Of a DNA stretch of 64,000 nucleotides, positions 17,633-25,622 are shown piece after piece. The position numbers were made by a program, and so were the translations under genes. The notes under the pieces were generated by a model that was given only the letters and a program-made list of their open reading frames with translations, had not been told where the DNA came from and ran no database searches. The stretch's first letter is position 1; every line of letters starts with the position of its first letter. The stretch spans positions 2,407 through 66,406 of the forward strand of contig DASXPO010000133.1 of assembly GCA_036493535.1 (NCBI GenBank), written 5' to 3'. The DNA comes from Casimicrobiaceae bacterium (GTDB lineage: Bacteria > Pseudomonadota > Gammaproteobacteria > Burkholderiales > Casimicrobiaceae).

Positions 17633-18706
17633 CTACGGGGTCCGCCGCCCGAACTGGTTGATCGAGCAGACGCCGTTGTTATCGGCCATGGTGCCTGCGA
17701 GTCCTGACTTTCCGCTGAGGTAGTCACCGACGCAGTTGAAACCCGCCCCTTTCTGCTGTGTACCGAAATAGAGCTTCGGATTCTGCAGGACTTGAAGCAA
17801 CGTCGGGTTACCAGTTGCTTTCGGGCAACTTGCCGGTTGACCTGCCGTCGAGTTGTAGTCGTAGTACGTGCGCTCGGACATGGGCCAGGCGCTGGTACCG
17901 TAATTCACCGCGTTGTTGAGCCAGAAGCCCGGCGAGCACCAGTACTTGGGTGCAGGAGGTGGTGGCGGTGTCGAACCGCCATCGCCACCACCATCGCTCG
18001 GAGGAGGTGGGGGAGGCGGAGGAGGAGGAGGCGGGCCGCCCGACGGTGGATCGAAGAAGCCAAGGTCGACGAGCGGTTGCGGGTTAAGGCCCATGGCCGC
18101 GAGCGCCTCAGGCGTGAGATCGCCCATGAGCGGCTGCGGGTTCGAATCAACGGCAAGGTTCGGGAACTCGATCGTGACATCCGGGTTGACGGGATCCGGC
18201 TCGAGAATGGGATCCACCGCGGCATACGCCGCGCCGCGATCGTCACCGCCGTTAAAGGAAGTGTCGGCAAGGGTGGAAACCATTACCAGGTACGGCAGGC
18301 CCGGAATCACATTGATGCCGACGTCGATGACGTCGGACACGTCCGCGCCCTGCCCTTCCAGCCTCCACACCCTGCTGCCGAACTTATCTAGCTCCCTCCA
18401 CCAGGTGCCACCGAGGGGACCCTGCGTCTCGGCGGCGAAATTGTAGTAGACGAATCCGCATTGTGGATCTCCAACATTGGTCAGGATGCCGGACTCGTCG
18501 TAGGTCACGTATCCGGGCCCGCCAGCGATCCCACACACGGTGACACTGTAGCCTGCACGGCTCCATGCTCCATAGTGCCCGTTCAGTGGGTCCACGCTGG
18601 CCTGGCTGGCAGGCCTCACCATCCCGCAATCGCTGCTCCTGCTCGCGGACGAAGTGATGCAGTAGCCGGACACGATCATCGCTGCCCGGTCGCGGCAGAC
18701 TATCAA
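17633..18706 (-). CDS. two-domain protein with a poly-proline linker, unknown function, no recognisable signal peptide
   Basis: N-terminal domain: ...AAYAAVDPILEPDPVNP... Linker: PPSGGPPPPPPPPPPPPSDGGGDGGSTPPPPPAP. C-terminal domain: KYWCSPGFWLNNAVNYGTSAWP...PTLLQVLQNPK...FNCVGDYL. The ORF track start is TTG, and the first ATG is 9 codons in. Confidence 0.6.
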   Translation of the reverse strand: MIVCRDRAAMIVSGYCITSSASRSSDCGMVRPASQASVDPLNGHYGAWSRAGYSVTVCGIAGGPGYVTYDESGILTNVGDPQCGFVYYNFAAETQGPLGGTWWRELDKFGSRVWRLEGQGADVSDVIDVGINVIPGLPYLVMVSTLADTSFNGGDDRGAAYAAVDPILEPDPVNPDVTIEFPNLAVDSNPQPLMGDLTPEALAAMGLNPQPLVDLGFFDPPSGGPPPPPPPPPPPPSDGGGDGGSTPPPPPAPKYWCSPGFWLNNAVNYGTSAWPMSERTYYDYNSTAGQPASCPKATGNPTLLQVLQNPKLYFGTQQKGAGFNCVGDYLSGKSGLAGTMADNNGVCSINQFGRRTP

Positions 18707-19040
18707 TAAACCTTCGCTGTCGACAATGCAAACGCCTGATGTTGTCGCAGGCCAGTCTCACGTGCGCTCGAATGTCTGGTGTCGGGACATTTTCACGCGC
18801 TGCTTAAAGGATCGGTTCTGGTCTGAAAGCGCCTTCTCGGGTCTCTAAGTCGCTCAATGTCAGGACGGTAGAGGCTAAACCCGTGCTAGTGATCACTCCA
18901 TTGGACGCGGGCCTATTGGATTTTCTATAGTCGGATTGGCTGCGGCGCAACGTCATACTGTAGTTGGGAATCACGCCGCGACGATTGACGGTAAGCTTGG
19001 CGGTAACTTTTGAATGTTCGCGTTGCGACGCCCCGCAATG

Positions 19041-19053
19041 CGAATCCACTCCG
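19041..19053 (+). repeat. attR-like imperfect copy of the tRNA-Ser 3' segment
   Basis: cgaatccactccg here compares with cgaatcccactccg at 11537-11550 (one C missing). It lies about 30 nt upstream of gltS, at the end of a low-GC non-coding stretch. Confidence 0.45.
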
Positions 19054-19086
19054 CACGATACCGCTCAGGTGTGGAAGGGGGTGAGT

Positions 19087-20295
19087 ATGGAGTCGACCCT
19101 TGGCGTGCCCTCGACGCTCGCGATCGCAGCGCTCGTGCTCATTACCGGACGTCGCCTGATCGAGCGGATCGAGTTTCTACGGCGTTACGCGATTCCTGAG
19201 CCAGTCGTCGGCGGATTGCTGGCTGCACTTTTGGCGGCCGGCCTTCACGCGATAGGTCTACGGTTTTCATTCGATACATCGCTGCAGCCGAGCCTCATGT
19301 TGGCATTCTTTGCGACGATCGGTTTGGGAGCCGACGCCCGGATGCTCGCCAAAGGCGGCGGCGCGCTCGTGCTTTTCGTCGCCTGCGTCGTCGGCATGCT
19401 GATCCTGGAGAACATCATCGGCGTCGGCGCAGCGAAAGCAATGGGTATCGATCCCCTGATTGGCTTGATTGCAGGCTCGGTGACGATGGCCGGCGGACAT
19501 GGGACCGGTGCGGCATGGGGCCAGCGATTCGTGGACGTCTTTGGCTTGACGGAGGCGCCGGTCGTGGGGCTCGCAGCGGCAACGTTCGGCCTCATCATGG
19601 GCGGCATCATCGGCGGACCGGTCGCGATGCGTCTCATTCGACGCTTGCAAGCGAGCGGGTCTCCACTCGGGGAACCTGCATCCGAAGCCCTCGCACATGA
19701 CGCCGCGGAATCCGTGGGGTCGTTCTCGGCCGAGCGGCTGACCATCACGATCGGCTTGATCGCTGCGAGCATCGCGGCTGGCGGCGCACTTGCGCAAGCC
19801 ACCGAAAATCCGGTCTTCACGCTGCCGGCGTTCGTTTGGACGCTGTTCGTCGGCGCGGTCCTGCGCAACGCGCTCGCGTTCGCAAAAGTGCATGAAATCG
19901 ACGGGTGGGCGCTGTCGTTTGCGGGGACCGTGGCGCTGTCGCTCTTTCTCGCGACTGCCCTCATGAGCCTGCGCCTCTGGGAGCTCGCGTCGGTGGCCGT
20001 CCCGATGTTCCTGATTCTCGCGCTTCAGGCATTGGGCGTTGCGATCTTTACGTCGCTCGTCACCTTTCGCGTGATGGGCGCAAATTACGAAGCGGCGGCG
20101 CTCGTCGCCGGTCAGTGCGGATTCGGGCTTGGGGCAACGCCGACCGCAATTGCGAACCTGCAGGCAATCTGCGCGCGCTATGGTGCGGCACCGCAGGCTT
20201 TCATTCTCGTTCCTGTCGTCGGCGCTTTCCTCATCGACATTGCCAATGCGATCGTTATCAGCGGGTTTGTGTTCATCATGCCGGCGCTGCGCTAA
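19087..20295 (+). CDS. gltS: sodium/glutamate symporter
   Basis: MESTLGVPSTLAIAALVLITGRRLIERIEFLRRYAIPEPVVGGLL...ATIGLGAD... Polytopic, about 400 aa. Confidence 0.8.
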   Translation: MESTLGVPSTLAIAALVLITGRRLIERIEFLRRYAIPEPVVGGLLAALLAAGLHAIGLRFSFDTSLQPSLMLAFFATIGLGADARMLAKGGGALVLFVACVVGMLILENIIGVGAAKAMGIDPLIGLIAGSVTMAGGHGTGAAWGQRFVDVFGLTEAPVVGLAAATFGLIMGGIIGGPVAMRLIRRLQASGSPLGEPASEALAHDAAESVGSFSAERLTITIGLIAASIAAGGALAQATENPVFTLPAFVWTLFVGAVLRNALAFAKVHEIDGWALSFAGTVALSLFLATALMSLRLWELASVAVPMFLILALQALGVAIFTSLVTFRVMGANYEAAALVAGQCGFGLGATPTAIANLQAICARYGAAPQAFILVPVVGAFLIDIANAIVISGFVFIMPALR

Positions 20296-20299
20296 CTGG

Positions 20300-21847
20300 T
20301 CAAAGCAACCATTCAATGGGAAGAACTCGCAGCATATCGATGCCCCGGCGCAAGAGCCAACTCGCTCCGGGCTCTGTCTCGTAGTAACGGGTCTCGCCCG
20401 ACGCGGTTCGTTCGATCCATTGCAGACTCTGGCCATCCGGGGCGAGTCGAACCTCGTAGGCAAGCAACGGTACGGCGGTATCGAAGGTTTGCCCGAGCCG
20501 CTGCGCGAGCGTCGGACTGTTGATGACGAGCCCCATCTCGGTGTTGAGCAGGTGCGAGCGTGGATCGAAGTTGAATGAGCCGACGAATCCCCGGTTGCGG
20601 TCCACCGCGAATGTCTTCGCGTGCAGCGCCGATTCGGAAGCCAAACCGAACCACGGCTGATTGTGCTCGCTCGGTTCCTCGGGAGCCGTCGGTTTCAGCT
20701 CGTAGAGAATGATCCCGGCGCGCAGCAGTTCTACGCGACGGTTGGCGTAGCCCGCATGCACCGCTTTCACGTCAGTGGCCGCGAGCGAGTTGGTGAGAAT
20801 GCGTACCTTGACGCCTCGTCCGGCGAGCGCCGCCAACGCTGTGGTCCCGCCTTCACCCGGCACAAAATAAGGCGAGACGAGATCGAACGAGCTCTCCGCC
20901 GGTCCGATCGCACTCACCAGCTCCGGAAATAGCAACACATCGGCGCCAGCTTTCGAGTCGAGCGTTTTCGCAGGGTCGTCGTAGACGAGCCGAGCGTTCA
21001 CCCATTCGAAGCCGAGCCGGTGCTCGAGCATGTCGCTCACGATGTGAGAGGCACGCACTGTCTCGAGATAAGCGACCGATTTCGGATTGGCGCGGGTCGA
21101 AGCGAATACCGCCTGCAACTTTTGGGCGTCGTCCGCGTTGGCCGCACCGATGAGGGCCGCGGCAGGATAGGCGGATGGACTGTTCCAGTAGAGGTCGAAC
21201 TCCTTCGACACGTCGCGCACCGCCGAGCCGACGGCTATCACATCGAGATCGGCGAATGCCACACCGCTACCCGCAGCGAAGTACTCGTTGCCGATATTAC
21301 GTCCGCCGACGATGCTGACTTGATTGTCGACGGTGAACGATTTGTTGTGCATCCGCCGGTTCACGCGCGCGAAGTCGGTCATGAGATTCAGCGTGCGGAT
21401 GTTTCGTTCCGTAAGCGGGTTGTACAGGCGCACCTCGATATTCGGATGCGCATCGAGCGCGGCGATCGTGGGATCGAGACCGCCTGTGTAGAAATCGTCG
21501 AGAAGCGCGCGGACGCGTACCCCGCGCTCGGCCGCTTCCCAAAGCGCGTGGAACAAGAGATATCCAACCTGATCGTCATGCCAGACGAAGTATTGCGCGT
21601 CGATCGACTTTTCTGCGGCGCCCGCCAGCAGAAGGCGGGCCGCGAACGCCTCGTGCGGATCGGGCAGCGAGTGGATTCCGGTTTTGCCCCGGTTCGCAAC
21701 TTCGTCCGCCGCGACTGCGCGGCCCAGTAGGGTCGCAGCGGTATCGACGAACGCCGTCGTCGTCGTCCGGTTTTCCAGCGACGGCAGACCCGCACAACCG
21801 GAAGCCAACAAGGCGAATACGGCAATGATGACGGAGGCGCGGCTCAT
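20300..21847 (-). CDS. phospholipase D family lipoprotein (two HKD motifs)
   Basis: LLASGC lipobox; HKD motifs HNKSFTVDNQVSIVGGRNIGNEY and LHAKTFAVDRNRGFVGSFNFDPRS. Confidence 0.85.
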   Translation of the reverse strand: MSRASVIIAVFALLASGCAGLPSLENRTTTTAFVDTAATLLGRAVAADEVANRGKTGIHSLPDPHEAFAARLLLAGAAEKSIDAQYFVWHDDQVGYLLFHALWEAAERGVRVRALLDDFYTGGLDPTIAALDAHPNIEVRLYNPLTERNIRTLNLMTDFARVNRRMHNKSFTVDNQVSIVGGRNIGNEYFAAGSGVAFADLDVIAVGSAVRDVSKEFDLYWNSPSAYPAAALIGAANADDAQKLQAVFASTRANPKSVAYLETVRASHIVSDMLEHRLGFEWVNARLVYDDPAKTLDSKAGADVLLFPELVSAIGPAESSFDLVSPYFVPGEGGTTALAALAGRGVKVRILTNSLAATDVKAVHAGYANRRVELLRAGIILYELKPTAPEEPSEHNQPWFGLASESALHAKTFAVDRNRGFVGSFNFDPRSHLLNTEMGLVINSPTLAQRLGQTFDTAVPLLAYEVRLAPDGQSLQWIERTASGETRYYETEPGASWLLRRGIDMLRVLPIEWLL

Positions 21848-21977
21848 CTCGCGTGATGTCGTGTTGCGCCTGGCGAATCTACTCCAACTCCGTCGCGCGA
21901 AAACGATTGGCTTCCGAAGGTCGTTTGGCTAGACTTAGGGCCCCAAATCTTTGCAGATGCCGACCAAAGAGGAAAAG

Positions 21978-22724
21978 ATGGCTGACAATTTGTCTTCAAC
22001 GCTTCTTCACGATCACCTGAACCGTCGCCGCTTTATCAAGATCACGGGTATCGCGGCCGCGACAACGGCGCTCGGCGTGGCGCCGGGCTGGAACCTGACC
22101 TACGCAGCCGCGCTTTCCAAGGAGCAGCGCGAAAAGCTCACGCCGGACGCCATCATCGCGGCCATGAAGAAGGGCAATCAGCGCTTTCGCCGCGGAAAAG
22201 AATCGCCCCACAACTATCTCGCCCAACAGAAGGTAAGCGCAAAGGGTCAATATCCGGCGGCGGTGATTCTGAGTTGTATTGACTCCCGCGCTCCTGCCGA
22301 GACGATCATGGATTTGGGCATCGGCGACACGTTCAACGCACGCGTCGCCGGCAACGTCGCGAACGACGACATTCTCGGCAGCATGGAATTCGCGTGCAAA
22401 GTCGCCGGCGCGAAGGTTGTGCTGGTGATGGGACACACGGCGTGCGGCGCCATCAAGGGCGCGATCGACAATGTACAACTGGGCAATCTCACCGGATTGC
22501 TGGCGAAGATTCGTCCGGCCGTTGAAGCGACGCAGTATCAAGGCGAGCGCTCCGCGACGAACTATGGCTTTGTCGACGCCGTGGCGCGGAAGAACGTCGA
22601 GTTGACGATGACGGAAATTCATCGTCGCAGCACGGTGTTGGCGGACCTCGAGACTTCCGGCGCGATCAAGATCGCCGGAGCGATGTACAACCTTGAAACG
22701 GGGGCCGTCGACTTCTTCGCATGA
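21978..22724 (+). CDS. beta-class carbonic anhydrase with Tat signal
   Basis: NRRRFIKITGIAAATTALG twin-arginine signal. SCIDSRAP and GHTACGAIKGA zinc-ligand motifs. The ATG at 21978 has a gagga RBS; alternatives are 21951 and 21957. Confidence 0.85.
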   Translation: MADNLSSTLLHDHLNRRRFIKITGIAAATTALGVAPGWNLTYAAALSKEQREKLTPDAIIAAMKKGNQRFRRGKESPHNYLAQQKVSAKGQYPAAVILSCIDSRAPAETIMDLGIGDTFNARVAGNVANDDILGSMEFACKVAGAKVVLVMGHTACGAIKGAIDNVQLGNLTGLLAKIRPAVEATQYQGERSATNYGFVDAVARKNVELTMTEIHRRSTVLADLETSGAIKIAGAMYNLETGAVDFFA

Positions 22725-22745
22725 CCGGCATAGCGGCGCTTCTCG

Positions 22746-22961
22746 ATGGATCAGCCGATCGTCGGATTTCATCGAGACGCCGAACACCACTGGGTGGCCG
22801 AGCTCGCCTGCGGCCACAACCAGCATGTGCGTCACGATCCTCCGTGGACGCATCGTGGCTGGGTGGAAAGTCCGGAAGGTCGTGCGAAGTTTCTCGGAAG
22901 CGTGCTGTCGTGCAAGAAGTGCGACCGCGGTGCGCCGCCGGATCGTCCCGCGAATGAATGA
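22746..22961 (+). CDS. DUF3565-like small protein
   Basis: IVGFHRDAEHHWVAELACGHNQHVRHDPPW...CKKCD. Confidence 0.65.
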   Translation: MDQPIVGFHRDAEHHWVAELACGHNQHVRHDPPWTHRGWVESPEGRAKFLGSVLSCKKCDRGAPPDRPANE

Positions 22962-23075
22962 CGCTACAGTTGCGCGCGCGTTCGGGGTTCCACGACGCGA
23001 TGGGTCGGGATATTGAAGAAGTCGCTCACGTCCCCGGCATTGGGCCTTGCGCGCGGTTTGCGCAAGCTGACGTTC

Positions 23076-25622
23076 TCAGGCGCTTACGGGGAGCGAATCG
23101 ATGATATTGATCAGCTCCGCCGCATCGATCGGCTTGACCAGATAATGATCGAAACCGGCCTCGCGGGCGCGCCGACGGTCTTCTTCCTGACTGTAACCGG
23201 ATAGTCCGACGAGCGTCACGCTCGCCAGCGCCGGCGAGCCGCGGAGAAGCCGGGCGACTTCATAGCCGTTTATTCCGGGCAGACCGATGTCCAGCAACAC
23301 GGCATCGGGAATCTGCTCTGTCGCGAGCGCGATACCCGACTCGCCGTCGGCGGCGACCCGCACGTCATGGCCGAACTCCTCGAGCAGCGCAGCGAGCGAT
23401 GCCACGAAATCCCGATTGTCGTCGACGATGAGCAAGCGGCGGCCGGCGATCAAATTGCCCCGCCCCTGTTTCGATGCGGGGCCACGTTCGACGCCATCCG
23501 CCGAAACGACCGGAAGACGAACCGTGAACTCGCTTCCCTGACCCGGACCCGCGCTCGTCACCGTCACCGATCCGTCATGCATTTCGATCATCCGCTTGAC
23601 GATGGTAAGGCCGATGCCGAGGCCCCCGGCCGTACGGTCGAGCGAATGATCGCCTTGGACGAAGAGATCGAACACCTTCGGAAGCAACGCGGCATCGATG
23701 CCGATGCCGGTGTCGCGGATGCGTATCGCGACAGCATCGTGCTCGCGCTTTACCGCGATGACGATTCGCCCCCCCGCGGGCGTGTATTTCGCCGCATTGT
23801 GGATCAAGTTGATAACGACTTGCGACAGTCGCGTCGGATCGGCATCGATCCACAATTCGTCTTCCGATGGGCTCACTTCGACGGTATGGCGCCGGTCGGT
23901 CAATAGCGATCGACATGAATCGAGCGCATGCATCACCACTTCGTTGACCGAGAGAATTTCCTTGCGGAGCTCGATCTTGCCGCGCGTGATGCGACTCACG
24001 TCGAGCAGATCGTCGACAATGTGGGCGAGATGCGCGACCTGCCGTTCGACAATGCTGCGTGCCTCGGGACGTTCACTGTTGGGCTTGTGGCGCATCAAGT
24101 CCAAAGCATTCACGATCGACGCGAGGGGATTGCGAAGCTCGTGCGAGAGCATCGCCAGGAATTCGTTCATCTGCCGCTCGTTTTCCTGCAACGCCTCGAC
24201 GCGTCGCGGAACAGTCAAATCGCGCGTGACCTTGGCAAATCCGCGCAAGTTACGCTCGCTGTCGTAGAGCGAAGCGATGGTGACGTTCGCCCGGAACGTG
24301 CTGCCGTTCCTGCGCAGCCGCCAGCCCTCCTCCTCGTAACGGCCCTCGGTGCGCGCGGCGGCGAGCTCGTGGGCGGGCCATGCCCGGGCGAGGTCGTCTT
24401 CGGTAAAAAATTGCGAGAAATGCAGGCCCACGATTTCCGATGCCGAATATCCGTAAATGCTTTCGGCGCCCGTATTCCAACTCGCGACGTTTCCCGCGTG
24501 ATCGAGCCGGAAGATCGCATAGTCCTTGACGCCGTCGACCAACAGCCGGAAGCGCTCTTCGCTCTGGCGCAGGATCTCCTCGCGCGCAACACCCTCGGCA
24601 AGCTCGTCGCGCAGCGCGCGGTTGACGGTTTCGAGCTCGAGCGTGCGATCGTCGACGCGCTGCGCCAGCTTTTCATTGGCGGCTTCCAATTGCGCGACCG
24701 CCTGCTCGCGCTCGCCGATGATCGCGCTCAGCACAAGGCCCGTCATCACCAAGGTGCTCGTATAGGCGAGCAAGAACAGCAGCGACGCGTTCGGCGATTC
24801 GAGCCCGAACGGGTGATGCCCTTTCACCGCATACCAAACGGCGATTGCGCAGACCATCGCCACGGCCGTCGTCACCTCGCGTTGGGAAAACCGGATCGCC
24901 GCCCAAATGACGAATGGCAGCGCGAGGAACGCGAGCGTCACCGATGCCGCGGTCGACGTGAGCTCGCCAAAGATCAGCAACGTTGTCATCGCGAGCAGCA
25001 GCACGAGCAAGAGACCCTCGATGATCTTGCCCGTCGGCCAGCGCGAAACGAGTGGCGTGCTCCAGCTCAGCAACAGCGGCGTCACGATGATCATGCCCGA
25101 GGCATCGCCTTGCCACCACGTCCATGCGTTGGCGACCATCGCCCGCCAGTCGAGAGCGTTGGCCGATGCGAGCGCCGCGATGCCGACCGATGCAGCAATG
25201 CCGGCACAAAGCGCGCAGGAGACGACGAAGCGAACGACATCTTCGCCGCGTTGAAATCGCCAATAGCGCCCCAGGTACGGCCGGACCAGTGTCGCGGCCG
25301 CCACCGCTTCCAACGTGTTGCCCGTCGCGATGGCGCCGGCCAATAGCGGCGAGCCCTCGATCGTCGCGTTGATCAGAACGGCGCCCACCCAGATTCCGGG
25401 CCAAATGCGCGTTCCGAAAAGCAGAGCCGCCGCGAGCGCAATACCGGAAGGCGGCCATACCGGCGTTGCGTAACCGGGCGGGATGGCGAGCAATAGTGAA
25501 AGCTTGGCCGCCAGAAAATAGACGACCGCGACCAGCAACACTTCGAGCGCGCGCCGTACGCGCGGCAGCACTTCGGCGGTCTGCACGCCGCCTTTCGGCA
25601 CCGTCGGCAAAAGCTGCCTCAC
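23076..25622 (-). CDS. hybrid sensor histidine kinase (MASE1-PAS-HisKA-HATPase-REC)
   Basis: N-terminal polytopic MASE1-like region (AIPPGYATPVWPPSGIALAA). PAS region (ERFRLLVDGVKDYAIFRLD). H-box LAMLSHELRNPL and a G-box. C-terminal receiver LLIVDDNRD...LLDIGLPGINGYEV. The GTG start overlaps the gspE-like stop (GTGA). Confidence 0.9.
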   Translation of the reverse strand: MRQLLPTVPKGGVQTAEVLPRVRRALEVLLVAVVYFLAAKLSLLLAIPPGYATPVWPPSGIALAAALLFGTRIWPGIWVGAVLINATIEGSPLLAGAIATGNTLEAVAAATLVRPYLGRYWRFQRGEDVVRFVVSCALCAGIAASVGIAALASANALDWRAMVANAWTWWQGDASGMIIVTPLLLSWSTPLVSRWPTGKIIEGLLLVLLLAMTTLLIFGELTSTAASVTLAFLALPFVIWAAIRFSQREVTTAVAMVCAIAVWYAVKGHHPFGLESPNASLLFLLAYTSTLVMTGLVLSAIIGEREQAVAQLEAANEKLAQRVDDRTLELETVNRALRDELAEGVAREEILRQSEERFRLLVDGVKDYAIFRLDHAGNVASWNTGAESIYGYSASEIVGLHFSQFFTEDDLARAWPAHELAAARTEGRYEEEGWRLRRNGSTFRANVTIASLYDSERNLRGFAKVTRDLTVPRRVEALQENERQMNEFLAMLSHELRNPLASIVNALDLMRHKPNSERPEARSIVERQVAHLAHIVDDLLDVSRITRGKIELRKEILSVNEVVMHALDSCRSLLTDRRHTVEVSPSEDELWIDADPTRLSQVVINLIHNAAKYTPAGGRIVIAVKREHDAVAIRIRDTGIGIDAALLPKVFDLFVQGDHSLDRTAGGLGIGLTIVKRMIEMHDGSVTVTSAGPGQGSEFTVRLPVVSADGVERGPASKQGRGNLIAGRRLLIVDDNRDFVASLAALLEEFGHDVRVAADGESGIALATEQIPDAVLLDIGLPGINGYEVARLLRGSPALASVTLVGLSGYSQEEDRRRAREAGFDHYLVKPIDAAELINIIDSLPVSA

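Larger units (their letters stand above)
11558..19056. mobile_element. decayed tRNA-Ser-associated genomic island
   Basis: An integrase remnant abuts the tRNA 3' end, and a second recombinase fragment lies at 17.06-17.36 kb. The cargo has unknown function, with patches of visibly lower GC. An imperfect repeat of the tRNA 3' segment sits at 19041-19053. Confidence 0.6.

Noticed and set aside
17913-18446. Plus-strand ORF with a poly-Gly stretch.
   Set aside because: It is the mirror image of the poly-Pro linker of the minus-strand gene 17633..18706.
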